Below are positions 48,862-57,852 of a stretch of 64,000 bases of DNA, piece by piece. Each line of letters opens with the position of its first letter. Within the stretch, counting starts at the first letter, position 1. The stretch lies in assembly GCA_963704725.1 (NCBI GenBank), contig OY969934.1:1184001-1248000 (forward strand), read 5' to 3'. A program made the translations under genes and the position numbers. The notes below the pieces were generated by a model that was given only the letters and a program-made list of their open reading frames with translations, did no database searches and was not told the DNA's origin. The stretch comes from an uncultured Actinomycetes bacterium (GTDB lineage Bacteria > Actinomycetota > UBA4738 > HRBIN12).

Positions 48862-48870
48862 GGTGGGGTC

Positions 48871-49137
48871 GTGGGCACGCTCGCCCTGATCCTTGTCCCG
48901 GCCGCGCTCTTCGTTGGCGGCGTCTGGCTGGCTCTCGAGCTCCGCCGCCGGCGCGCCGCCGAGCCCGACCGACCGTGGTGGGGCGAGCCCCTCGCCTGGG
49001 TCGCGGTGGGCGCGGCGTGGGTGGTCCTGGGGTTGCTCGTGGCGCCCAGGCTGCTCGGGTTCACGTTCCTGTTCCTGCCCTTCGTGCTGTCCCGACGGGT
49101 CGGGCGGCGAGGCGGCGGCCGGTCCCGCGAGGTGTAG
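48871..49137 (+). CDS. Small membrane protein
   Basis: Hydrophobic segments with basic linkers; fits between co-oriented genes. Confidence 0.6.
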   Translation: MGTLALILVPAALFVGGVWLALELRRRRAAEPDRPWWGEPLAWVAVGAAWVVLGLLVAPRLLGFTFLFLPFVLSRRVGRRGGGRSREV

Positions 49138-49163
49138 CGGGTTCGCGAAGGTACGGTGTCGGT

Positions 49164-49406
49164 GTGACGCACGCGATCGCCGCCCTGCTGCTCGGCTTCG
49201 CGCTGTTCGGGGCCCTCCGAGCTCGGGCCGTGGTGCGCGACACCTGGGACGTCGAACCCCGCCACGCCTCGGCCCTGGGCATCGCGGCCGTGGCGATCGC
49301 GCTGCTCCTGCTGCTCGCCCTCTCCCGCTCGCTCCTCGGGGTCGTCGTGGGGGCCGCGGTGCTCGGGGCGGCGCTGTACGGGAGCTGGCGGCTCCGCCGG
49401 GCCTGA
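49164..49406 (+). CDS. Small membrane protein
   Basis: VTHAIAALLLGFALFG... with three hydrophobic segments. Confidence 0.55.
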   Translation: MTHAIAALLLGFALFGALRARAVVRDTWDVEPRHASALGIAAVAIALLLLLALSRSLLGVVVGAAVLGAALYGSWRLRRA

Positions 49407-49413
49407 GCCCGGG

Positions 49414-50058
49414 CTACCCGCCCACGACGCGATCGGCGAACGCGCCGGCGATCTCGGCCGCCTCGCGCTCGTGCCGCCACAGATAGTGGTCGGTCCCCCC
49501 CACGATCGAGAGCTCGCCGATGGGGAGCCGGTCGCACAGCGCCTGGAGCTCGAGCGGCGGCGAGTACTCGTCGTGCTCCCCCGAGAGCAGGAGCACGGGG
49601 CGCCGGAGCGCCCGGAGCTCGGACGCCGAGGGCGTCGGCGGAACGTCGAGGCCGTGCTCGAGGGGGAACCCGACCAGGACGAGGGCGGCCACCCGGTCGT
49701 CGTCGAGCGCCTCGCGCAGTGCCACGTTGGCGCCGAAGGACCATCCGCACACGATCGTCCTGCCGTCCGCCTCCTGTTGGACCCGCCCGATCGCGGCCGC
49801 GACGTCCCGGACCTCGGTCCGGCCGCCGCCGTGCACGCCGTCGCTGCGCATCGTCCCCCGGAAGTTGAACGCCAGCACCGCGAACCCGCGGCCCGCGAGG
49901 TCGTTGCGGATCGCCCACAGGATCGGGTGGTCCTTGCTCCCGCCGAGCCGGGGGTGCGCGTGGCAGATCACCGCGGTTGCCCGCGGCGGTCCCTCGGGCC
50001 TGCGCAGCTCCCCTTCCAGGGACAGGCCGTCGTCGGTCGAGAAGCGGATCGGCTCCAC
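49414..50058 (-). CDS. Alpha/beta hydrolase
   Basis: HAHPRLGG, FNFRG, nucleophile GWSFG, GEHDEY, TDHY. Confidence 0.88.
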   Translation of the reverse strand: MEPIRFSTDDGLSLEGELRRPEGPPRATAVICHAHPRLGGSKDHPILWAIRNDLAGRGFAVLAFNFRGTMRSDGVHGGGRTEVRDVAAAIGRVQQEADGRTIVCGWSFGANVALREALDDDRVAALVLVGFPLEHGLDVPPTPSASELRALRRPVLLLSGEHDEYSPPLELQALCDRLPIGELSIVGGTDHYLWRHEREAAEIAGAFADRVVGG

Positions 50059-50077
50059 CGCGTGCGAGGATGCCGCC

Positions 50078-51019
50078 GTGGGCGAGCTTCGACAACCCGG
50101 CGCGACGGCGTTCGCGATCCGCGACGCGCTGCCCTGGAACGACCTCAGCGCGATCGTGCGTGCCGCCGAGGCCTCGGGCTACGACGCGCTCTTCCTGCCC
50201 GAGATCACGGGGCGCGACGCGCTCGTCGCGCTCGCGGCGCTCGCCGGCGAGACCCGCGACCTGCGACTCGGCACCGGCGTCGTACCCATGCGTTCGCGGA
50301 CGCCGATGCTCCTGGCGATGGCGGCGGCCACCGTGCACGAACGCTCGGGGGGCCGGCTGCTCCTCGGGCTGGGCACGGGCGACGCCGGCCCCGGCGCGCT
50401 CGACCGGTTGCGGGACACCGTCGTCGCGCTGCGCGCGCTGTTCCGGGGGGAACCCGTCGAGCGCAGGGGCCGGGTCGTGCAGCTCGCGATCGATCCGGGC
50501 GGAGCGGTGCCGGTCTGGATCGCGGCGCTCGGGCCGAAGGCGATGCGCCTGGGCGGCGAGATCGCCGACGGCGTGCTGCTGAACTGGTGCCCGCCCGAGC
50601 GCGTCCGGTTTGCCCGAGAGCGGGTGGCGGAGGGCGCCGCGGCCGCGGGCCGCGCCCCGGGCGACGTCGCCGTCGCCGTCTACGTCCGGTCGTGGGTGGG
50701 GCAGGACGAAGCCTCGGCCCTGCCGTTCCTCCGCGACGCGGCAGGACAGTACGCCTCGTACCCCGCGTACGCCCGGCAGTTCGAGGAGGTGGGTCTTGGC
50801 GCGGAGGCTCGGGCCGCCGCCGCGGCGCACGGCGCCGACCGTCCTGCGGACGTGCCGGAGGCGCTCGTCCGGGCGGTGTGCGCCTTGGGGGAGGCCGCGC
50901 CCGGCCGGATCGCCGCCTATCGCGAGGCGGGAGCGGACCTCCCGATCGTCTATCCGGTCGCCGTGGGCGAGCCCGCGCCCTCGATCGAGCGCACCCTCCT
51001 GTCGCTGGCCCCGGGATGA
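50078..51019 (+). CDS. LLM-class (luciferase-like, probably F420-dependent) oxidoreductase
   Basis: AEASGYDALFLPE, LRLGTGV, SGGRLLLGLG, WIAALGPKAMRLGGEIADG. Confidence 0.88.
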   Translation: MGELRQPGATAFAIRDALPWNDLSAIVRAAEASGYDALFLPEITGRDALVALAALAGETRDLRLGTGVVPMRSRTPMLLAMAAATVHERSGGRLLLGLGTGDAGPGALDRLRDTVVALRALFRGEPVERRGRVVQLAIDPGGAVPVWIAALGPKAMRLGGEIADGVLLNWCPPERVRFARERVAEGAAAAGRAPGDVAVAVYVRSWVGQDEASALPFLRDAAGQYASYPAYARQFEEVGLGAEARAAAAAHGADRPADVPEALVRAVCALGEAAPGRIAAYREAGADLPIVYPVAVGEPAPSIERTLLSLAPG

Positions 51020-51118
51020 GGGCGGCGGGCCCGACCGGGTGTAGACTCGGGTTTTGCAAGGTCCGCACCGTGAAAACGGGGAAAAGAACCCGGGACGGGT
51101 TGGGCGAAAGGGAAGCCG

Positions 51119-51448
51119 ATGACCTACACGATCTGTGAGCCGTGCATCGACGTGAAGGACCGGGCCTGTGTCGACGAGTGCCCGGTCGACTGCATCTACG
51201 AGGGCCCCCGGATGCTCTACATCCACCCGGACGAGTGCGTCGACTGCGGCGCGTGCGAGCCGGTGTGCCCGGTCACGGCGATCTTCTACGAGGACGACGT
51301 CCCCGCCGAGTGGAAGCAGTTCACCCCGATCAACGCCGAGTGGTTCAACGACGACGTGAGCGGGGTCGGCTCCCCAGGCGGCGCGGCGCAGGTGGGCCCG
51401 AGCGACAAGGACCACCCCGTCGTCGCCGGCTGGGCCTCCGTCGGCTGA
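51119..51448 (+). CDS. fdxA: 7Fe ferredoxin (actinobacterial FdxA type)
   Basis: MTYTICEPCIDVKDRACVDECPVDCIY..HPDECVDCGACEPVCPV..GSPGGA. Confidence 0.93.
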   Translation: MTYTICEPCIDVKDRACVDECPVDCIYEGPRMLYIHPDECVDCGACEPVCPVTAIFYEDDVPAEWKQFTPINAEWFNDDVSGVGSPGGAAQVGPSDKDHPVVAGWASVG

Positions 51449-51479
51449 CCCAGGACGGCGCCGGCCTGAGCGCGTTCCT

Positions 51480-52610
51480 CTAGACGGTGGCCTCGTCGGC
51501 CACGGGGATCCGGCCGGGTCCGCCGAAGTCGACGTCGGCCGGCCAGCGCTCGCGGGACTTGGCCGCGAGCTTGCTCATCAGGCTGATCGCCCCCGGGTCC
51601 TCTGAGCCGGGGCGCCATTCGACGATCCCGTCGGCGACCGCCCGCTCCCAGATGTCGCGGCCCTTGTCGGTCCGGATGATGGTGAGCGTCCACCCGTCGC
51701 CCTGGCCGAGCCCGCCGAACGAGATGTCGGCGTGCTCGGCGGAGAAGTCGGGGCAGTGCAGGCATCCGGGCCGCGTGAACTCGTGCGACTGCTTCAGCGA
51801 GTAGGTGAGCTCCTGGCCGTCCTTCGTGTAGAAGAGCAGCTTGCCCTTGATGTTCACGCGGACGAGGTCGTCGAGCGAGAGCCCCAGGCGGTTCTGGGCG
51901 ATCTCCACCATCAGCCCGTCGTAGGAGAAGCTCTTGGAGCACAGCAGGCCGAGGGTCCAGTTGATCTTGCGCGCCCACTTGTTCACCCGGCGCGCGGTCA
52001 TCGAGCCGGTGACGCTCGCCTGGCACGACATGCCGACGAGCGCGAGCTTGGACAGCCCCAGCTCGGCCGCCTTCGTGAGCGCGAGCGGGTTGGCCGAGTA
52101 GGTGTACCGGGACCCGGCCGTCGCGAGCACGCCGGCCTCGTCCGTGACCACGGTGGGCTCCGCGTCCCAGGGACGCTCGTCCGAGAGCTTGGACGTGAGC
52201 GCGCCGTCGATCTCGCCGTTCTGCAGCCCCCAGATCAGCAGCGCCGACACGACGCCTCCGTCCTGGCCGTGCATCAGGACCTCGGGAGAGGCCGCCCGGG
52301 CCAGCACGATGTCCTGGTAGTGGCCGATGACGTCCTCGGGCGTCCGGGTCTTGCCGAACAGGTGGAGGTCGATCTCGCCCTCCCACTCGCGGAAGCGTGG
52401 ACAGGCCCGCGTGCAGATGTCGCAGCCCTTGTCACCGTGGGCGCACGCGTCGGGGCCGTCCTCCTGGAGCTGGACGGGGATGTTGTTCTCGTAGCCGAGG
52501 ACGTGGAACGGGCAGGCCACGATGCAGGCCGTGCAGCCGGTGCAGAGGCCGGTGAGGACGACCTCGTTGTGCAGGTCGCGCCACTGCGTCTTGTCGGCGG
52601 TGGAGGCCAT
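51480..52610 (-). CDS. Coenzyme F420 hydrogenase/dehydrogenase beta-subunit family (FrhB/FpoF-like) with ferredoxin domain
   Basis: CTGCTACIVACP, CDICTRACP, GQDGGVVSALL, AGSRY, VGMSCQ, GLLC, CLHCPDF..ADISFG. Confidence 0.88.
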   Translation of the reverse strand: MASTADKTQWRDLHNEVVLTGLCTGCTACIVACPFHVLGYENNIPVQLQEDGPDACAHGDKGCDICTRACPRFREWEGEIDLHLFGKTRTPEDVIGHYQDIVLARAASPEVLMHGQDGGVVSALLIWGLQNGEIDGALTSKLSDERPWDAEPTVVTDEAGVLATAGSRYTYSANPLALTKAAELGLSKLALVGMSCQASVTGSMTARRVNKWARKINWTLGLLCSKSFSYDGLMVEIAQNRLGLSLDDLVRVNIKGKLLFYTKDGQELTYSLKQSHEFTRPGCLHCPDFSAEHADISFGGLGQGDGWTLTIIRTDKGRDIWERAVADGIVEWRPGSEDPGAISLMSKLAAKSRERWPADVDFGGPGRIPVADEATV

Positions 52611-52783
52611 GCCGAACGGGAGTATAGGTGGCCCTCGCCGTACGGCCCGGGACCGTAGGTCCCCCCGCGGCCAAGCCGGTCGCCCCCGGTGTCCGTAGTA
52701 CGGGGGACGCGGGGCCCGCGCCGGCGGCGCGGCGGCACATGGTCTACGCTGCGCGCTTCCCGCCCGAAGACGAGGAGGAGACG

Positions 52784-53170
52784 ATGCGAGGGACCACCAG
52801 ATGGGCGCGCCTGATCGTGGGGGTGGTCGCGATCGTGCTCGTCCTGACCGCCTGCAGCAGCGACGACAACGGCGGCGGATCGACGGGCGGCGGCACGACG
52901 ACGGGAGCGAGCGGCTCCTCGGGCGGCGGAACCGGCATCACGATCTCCGGGTTCGCGTTCCATCCCTCCTCCCTCACCGTCTCGGGCGAGGCGACGCTCA
53001 CGGTCACGAACGAGGACGATGTGACGCACACCTTCACCCTGGACGACGGCAGCGTGGACGAGGAGATCGCCGCCGGCGCGTCCGTCGACGTCACGGTGAA
53101 CATCTCCGCCTCGACCGGGTTCCACTGCAAGATCCACCCGTCGATGACCGGGACGCTCGAGGTCGGCTGA
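52784..53170 (+). CDS. Cupredoxin-domain lipoprotein
   Basis: Lipobox LTAC, FAFHPSSLTV, HTFT, type-1 copper motif CKIHPSM; SD GAGGAGGAG. Confidence 0.85.
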   Translation: MRGTTRWARLIVGVVAIVLVLTACSSDDNGGGSTGGGTTTGASGSSGGGTGITISGFAFHPSSLTVSGEATLTVTNEDDVTHTFTLDDGSVDEEIAAGASVDVTVNISASTGFHCKIHPSMTGTLEVG

Positions 53171-53185
53171 GCGGTTCGGCGAGCT

Positions 53186-53521
53186 TCAGATCGAGAACGA
53201 CTCGCCGCACGCACACTCGTGCGTCGCGCGCGGGTTGAGCATCTTCAGGCCGCCGCCCAGGAGGGCGTCGTTGAAGTCGAGCGTCGACCCCTCGACGATC
53301 GGTGCGCTCCGCGGGTCCACCAGGACCCGCACGCCGTCGGCCGCGGGGATCACGCTGTCGTCCTCGGCCGTGCCGTCGAAGCTGAGCTCGTAGGAGAAGC
53401 CGGAGCATCCGCCCGCCACCACGCGGACCCGGAGCACCGGATCCGAGCCCTGGCGCTCCGCGAGCTGGCGAATCTTCCGGGCGGCGGCGTCGGTAACCGA
53501 GATGACGGTCGTCTGCTCCAT
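53186..53521 (-). CDS. iscA: HesB/IscA family Fe-S cluster assembly protein
   Basis: GGCSGFSY and NPRATHECACGESF. Confidence 0.9.
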   Translation of the reverse strand: MEQTTVISVTDAAARKIRQLAERQGSDPVLRVRVVAGGCSGFSYELSFDGTAEDDSVIPAADGVRVLVDPRSAPIVEGSTLDFNDALLGGGLKMLNPRATHECACGESFSI

Positions 53522-53549
53522 GCGTTCCAGGATAACCCCGGGCGGGGTC

Positions 53550-54929
53550 TCAGCCTTCCCGAAGCGCCGCCGCGAGCTCGCGGAAGGCCAGGTTCACCGA
53601 TTCGGAGAGCGTGGGGTAGGCGTGGATGGCCTCGGCGACCTGGGAGGCCGGGACCCCTCCGGCCATCGCCGCGACCACCTCGTGGATCATCGCGCCGGCC
53701 TCCTCGGCCACGACGTGTCCACCCAGCAGCTCGCCCGTGCCGGCGTCGGCGACCAGCTTGACCAGGCCGGCGAGGCGGCCGTCGATGTGCGACCGCTCGT
53801 TGTCCCGGATCCGGGAGACGGCCGTGCGGACGTCGTGCCCCGCCTCTTCGGCGGCGCGCTCGGTGAGCCCGACGGAGGCCACCTCCGGGTCGCAGAAGGT
53901 GACCCGGGGGACCACCCGGTAGTCGCGAGCCCTCGGCGACCCGAGCAGGTCGTCGACCACGAGCCCGGCCTCGTACGTCCCGACGTGCGTGAACAGCAGC
54001 TCGCCCGTCGCGTCCCCCGCCGCCCACACCCACCCGGCCGTGGTGCGGAGCGTCTCGGTCAGGATCGGCCGGCCCCGCTCGTCGAGCTCGACGCCGGCGG
54101 CCGCCAGGTCGTGGCCGTCGAACACGGGTCGCCGTCCCGCGGCGACCAGGACCTCGTCCGCCCGGATCATCTCGCCGTCCGCGAGAGCGAGCGCCCAGCC
54201 CGTCCCGTCGTAGGCCGCTCGTTCGATCGTGGCGCCGGGCAGGAGGCGGATCCCCTCGGCGGCCAGCGCGGGCGCGAGCTCTGCCGCGACCTCCTCGTCC
54301 TCGCTCGGCAGGATCTGGGGGAGGACCTCGACCGCGGTCACGCGCGAGCCGAAGCGGGAGTAGATCTGCGCGAACTCGATCCCGATCGCCCCCGTGCCGA
54401 TCACGGCGAGCGAGGCGGGAGGGCGCTGCGGCTTCCAGATAGCCTCCCGGTTCGTCCAGTACGGGCCCTCGGCCAGCCCGGGGACCGGCGGGACCTGGGC
54501 CTTCGTCCCCGTGGCGAGCACGACGCGCTCGGCCTCGATCGCGGTCCCGTCGGCGAGCTCGATCCGCCGTTCGCCGACGAGCCGCGCCTCCTGCAGGAAC
54601 ACAGTGACGCCGACCCGCTCGAACGGCGCCGCGCCCTCGCCCGACTGGGACTCGACGACCTCGCGAGCCCGTCGCTGGATCGCCGGCAGGTCGATCTCGA
54701 CCGAGGGGATCCGCACGCCGAAGGGGTCCGCCTCCCGGGCGAGCTGCGCGATCCTGGCGCTGCGGAGCATGACCTTGGTCGGGACGCAGCCGTAGTGGTT
54801 GCACTCGCCGCCCAGCCGGTCCCGCTCGGCGAGCGCCACCGTCATCCCCGAGCGCCGTCCGAGCTCGAAGGCGACCTCGGACCCCGTGCCCCCGCCGCCG
54901 ATCACGAAGACGTCGAAGCGTCGGGTCAC
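53550..54929 (-). CDS. Class I pyridine nucleotide-disulfide oxidoreductase (Lpd/mycothione-reductase-like)
   Basis: IGGGGTG, redox motif GGECNHYGCVPTK, GTGAIGIEFA, AGD, HAYPTLSE. Confidence 0.88.
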   Translation of the reverse strand: MTRRFDVFVIGGGGTGSEVAFELGRRSGMTVALAERDRLGGECNHYGCVPTKVMLRSARIAQLAREADPFGVRIPSVEIDLPAIQRRAREVVESQSGEGAAPFERVGVTVFLQEARLVGERRIELADGTAIEAERVVLATGTKAQVPPVPGLAEGPYWTNREAIWKPQRPPASLAVIGTGAIGIEFAQIYSRFGSRVTAVEVLPQILPSEDEEVAAELAPALAAEGIRLLPGATIERAAYDGTGWALALADGEMIRADEVLVAAGRRPVFDGHDLAAAGVELDERGRPILTETLRTTAGWVWAAGDATGELLFTHVGTYEAGLVVDDLLGSPRARDYRVVPRVTFCDPEVASVGLTERAAEEAGHDVRTAVSRIRDNERSHIDGRLAGLVKLVADAGTGELLGGHVVAEEAGAMIHEVVAAMAGGVPASQVAEAIHAYPTLSESVNLAFRELAAALREG

Positions 54930-56131
54930 GAACCCCCCAGGAACGCGACGAACGCCCGGGCGTAGGCCCGGGCGGCGGTGACGAGGTCGCGAACCTCGAC
55001 CCACTCGCCGGCGGTGTGGGCCACGGTCAGGGAGCCGGGGCCGAGGATGACCGTGGGGATGGCCGCCTCGTTGAGGTAGAAGCGGGCGTCGGTGATCCCG
55101 GTGAAGCCGACGTCCAGCGGCGGCTTCCCCGTCTCGGCCTCGACCGCGTCCCGGCACACCGCGGCGATCCGCGTGTCTCCGGTGGTCTCGGCGGCGTCGG
55201 TCCACTCGCGGATCCGGAACGCCAGCTCGACCTCGGGGTGGGACCGGCGGAGGTCCTCGGCCAGGCGCTCGAAGGCCGCGAGCACGGACCCCGGGGTCTC
55301 GCCGGGGAGGATCCGTCGGTCGACGTCCGCCGTGCACCGGTCCGGGACGACGTTCGGCGCGTCGCCCCCCGAGACGATCGCGACGTTCACGGTGGGCCGG
55401 CCGACCAGGGGGTGCTCGAGGTCGGGCAGGACCTCCTCGAGCCGCAGGAGCAGCCGCGCCATGGAGGTGATGGCGTTGACGCCGAGCCGGGGCGTGGAGC
55501 CGTGGGCCGCCCGGCCGCTCGCGACCGCCGTGATCCACGCGCCGCCGCGCTCGGCGAGACCCAGGCGGAGGTCCGTCGGCTCGCCCACGATGGCCGCGTC
55601 CTGGTCGAGCAGCCCTCGTTCCCACAGCACCCGGGTGCCGTGCAGGCCGGCGAGCTCCTCGTCCGCGGCGAGGTGCAGCTCGAGCGTCCCGCCGAGCGCG
55701 ATGCCGGCCCTGCGGATCGCCGAGACGGCGCCGAGCGCGGAGGCGACGGCGCCCTTCATGTCGGCGGCGCCGCGTCCGATCAGCCGTCCCCCGGAGACCT
55801 CGCCCGCGAACGGGCCGTGCTCCCACGCGGACGGGTCCCCGGCCGGCACGACGTCCAGGTGGCCGTTCCAGGCGAGCTTCGGCCGCGCGCCGTCGCCGAT
55901 CCTGCCCACGACGGTGGGGCGGCCCGCGTCGCCGCGGATCGTCTCCGGATCGCCGTCCAGCTCGGCCAGGACGTCGGCGGCGACCCCGGCCGCGAGGTCC
56001 TCGGTGCCGCCGGGGTTCTCGCTCGGCGCCGCGATGAGCGCGCGCGCGAATCGCAGGACCTCGTCGCCGTCGACCGCGTCGGCGGCGGCCCGCCCCGCGT
56101 CGACGGCCGATGCGGCCGGCTCCTCTACCAT
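54926..56131 (-). CDS. M20 family metallopeptidase (ArgE/DapE-like)
   Basis: NGHLDVVP, GRGAADMKG, ADEE, VGEPT, AHGSTP, TDAR, AHTAGE. Confidence 0.9.
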   Translation of the reverse strand: MVEEPAASAVDAGRAAADAVDGDEVLRFARALIAAPSENPGGTEDLAAGVAADVLAELDGDPETIRGDAGRPTVVGRIGDGARPKLAWNGHLDVVPAGDPSAWEHGPFAGEVSGGRLIGRGAADMKGAVASALGAVSAIRRAGIALGGTLELHLAADEELAGLHGTRVLWERGLLDQDAAIVGEPTDLRLGLAERGGAWITAVASGRAAHGSTPRLGVNAITSMARLLLRLEEVLPDLEHPLVGRPTVNVAIVSGGDAPNVVPDRCTADVDRRILPGETPGSVLAAFERLAEDLRRSHPEVELAFRIREWTDAAETTGDTRIAAVCRDAVEAETGKPPLDVGFTGITDARFYLNEAAIPTVILGPGSLTVAHTAGEWVEVRDLVTAARAYARAFVAFLGGS

Positions 56132-56141
56132 GGCCGACGAA

Positions 56142-56705
56142 ATGTACTCGACCGATCTGTACGAACGAGTCGGCGCGATGCTCGACCGCGACCCGCGTCA
56201 TCGCGCCGCTCCGGGCGACCGTCTGGCGGCGGTGCTCGTGCCGGTGGTGCGGACCGGGCCGGTCGTGTTCACCAAGCGGAGCGACCTGCTCTCGCGTCAC
56301 CCGGGGGAGATCTCGTTCCCCGGCGGCATCCGGCACGAGGAGGACCCGACGCTCGCCGAGACCGCCCTACGCGAGACCGACGAGGAGCTGGGGATCGGGC
56401 GGGAGCAGGTCCTCGTGCTCGGCGCCCTGCCGCCCGTCCACACGTTCGTCTCGGGGATCCTGATCGTGCCGTTCGTCGGCCTCCTCGAGCGTCCCCCCGT
56501 CTACCGGCCGAACGCGGACGAGATCGCGGAGGTGCTGGAGTACCCGCTCGACGAGCTGGTCGATTCCGAGACGGAGGTGGAGTGGTCGCGCGACGGCCAC
56601 GTCTACCGGGGATACGCGTACGAGATGGGCGCCCACACGATCTGGGGTGCGACGGCGAGGATCCTGCACAGCTTCCTGGAGCTGGTGCGGACCGAGGCGG
56701 CATGA
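56142..56705 (+). CDS. CoA pyrophosphatase-type NUDIX hydrolase
   Basis: AAVLVP, HPGEISFPGG, TALRETDEELG, IWGATA. Alternative start at ATG 56130. Confidence 0.9.
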   Translation: MYSTDLYERVGAMLDRDPRHRAAPGDRLAAVLVPVVRTGPVVFTKRSDLLSRHPGEISFPGGIRHEEDPTLAETALRETDEELGIGREQVLVLGALPPVHTFVSGILIVPFVGLLERPPVYRPNADEIAEVLEYPLDELVDSETEVEWSRDGHVYRGYAYEMGAHTIWGATARILHSFLELVRTEAA

Positions 56706-57145
56706 GCTCGCGGGCCGGCGCGGAGCCGTACGGGCCGAGCGACGCGGAGCTCCGGTCGATCCTCGGCGACGCTCGCACCATCGCCGTGGTGGGCCTGTCC
56801 TCCAAGCCGGACCGGTACTCGTTCGAGGTGGCGTCCTTCCTCCGGGAGCGGGGGTACCGCATCGTGCCGGTGAACCCCAACGAGACCGAGGTGCTCGGCG
56901 AGCGCGCCTACGCCTCGCTCGCGGACGTGCCGGCGGACCTCCGGATCGACGTCGTCGACGTCTTCCGTCGCGCCGAGGAGACGCCCGGGGTGGCGCGGGA
57001 CGCGGTCGCCCGCGGAGCGAGGGTGCTGTGGCTCCAGGACGGGATCGTGAGCGACGAGGCGCGCCGGATCGCCGAGGCGGCGGGTCTGGTGGTCGTCATG
57101 GGCGTGTGCATCAAGCGAACCCGGGAACGCCTCGAGCCGGGCTGA
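56702..57145 (+). CDS. CoA-binding protein (YccU-like)
   Basis: TIAVVGLS, YRIVPVNP, DVVDVFR, WLQDG, VVMGVC. Confidence 0.9.
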   Translation: MSSRAGAEPYGPSDAELRSILGDARTIAVVGLSSKPDRYSFEVASFLRERGYRIVPVNPNETEVLGERAYASLADVPADLRIDVVDVFRRAEETPGVARDAVARGARVLWLQDGIVSDEARRIAEAAGLVVVMGVCIKRTRERLEPG

Positions 57146-57163
57146 GAACGGAGGAGGGCTGGC

Positions 57164-57328
57164 GTGCAGAGATGGGAGTACTTCGTGGCGCCCCTGCTGG
57201 AGCACAACCCCGGCGAGATCCTGAACACGTTCGGGGAGGACGGGTGGGAGCTCGTCTCGGTCGCGCAGATCGCGAACCCGATGGGCGGGCAGTCGCTCGT
57301 CGCGTATCTCAAGCGACCGCGGGGGTGA
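57164..57328 (+). CDS. Small DUF4177-like protein (below the ORF-track length cutoff)
   Basis: VQRWEY..ILNTFGEDGWELVSV..AYLKRP; strong SD GGAGGAGG. Confidence 0.75.
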   Translation: MQRWEYFVAPLLEHNPGEILNTFGEDGWELVSVAQIANPMGGQSLVAYLKRPRG

Positions 57329-57373
57329 GCTCGCTCCCTCGCGGAGGGGCGGCGAGCTCCTGGTCGTCCGAGC

Positions 57374-57745
57374 TCAGGAGGAGATGGCGCGCTTGATGCG
57401 CTCGATCAGCTCGCGCGACGGCGTGCCCTTCGCGACGTAGTCGGCGGCGCCGACGGCCCGCGCCGCGGCCTCGAGCGCCGGGTCGTCGTACGCCGAGAGC
57501 GCGACGACGAGCGCGTCCGGCCGATCCAGGCGGATCCTGCGCGTGGCCTCGAGCCCGTTGACGACAGGCATCCGGACGTCGATGAGCACCACGTCGGGAT
57601 CGAGCTCCGCCGCCTTTCGGACGGCCTCGGCTCCGTCCCGCGCCTCACCGACCACCTCGAAGCCCTCCTCGGCCAGCAGCTCGGCCAGGGTCTCCCGGAT
57701 CAAGGGCTCGTCGTCGGCGATCAGCACCCGGATGGGGGTAGTCAC
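57374..57745 (-). CDS. Stand-alone response regulator receiver domain
   Basis: IRVLIADDE, VVGEA, DVVLIDVRMP, LSAY, YVAKG. Confidence 0.85.
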   Translation of the reverse strand: MTTPIRVLIADDEPLIRETLAELLAEEGFEVVGEARDGAEAVRKAAELDPDVVLIDVRMPVVNGLEATRRIRLDRPDALVVALSAYDDPALEAAARAVGAADYVAKGTPSRELIERIKRAISS

Positions 57746-57852
57746 ACGGGGCACCTCGTCGACAGATGCGGCCGCACCCGATGAGCCTGCGCGCGCTCGG
57801 CCTCGGACGCAAGCCGTTTCGCGATCCGGAGCGCCGGCCGGTCCGTTCGTGC

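Noticed and set aside
47697-49406. 569-aa dehydrogenase-membrane protein fusion
   Set aside because: It results from the +1 frameshift at 48678-48680; the linker is low-complexity Arg/Gly/Pro and overlaps a better ORF at 48871-49137.
51042-51118. Alternative pairing CGGGTT/AACCCG/CGGGTT in the fdxA leader as an RNA switch
   Set aside because: The -10-like TAGACT at 51042 would place the TSS after the first CGGGTT, leaving only simple short hairpins.
53550-54929. Mercuric reductase MerA
   Set aside because: It lacks the C-terminal vicinal Cys pair and any mer context; it has the HxxPTxxE motif of Lpd-like reductases.
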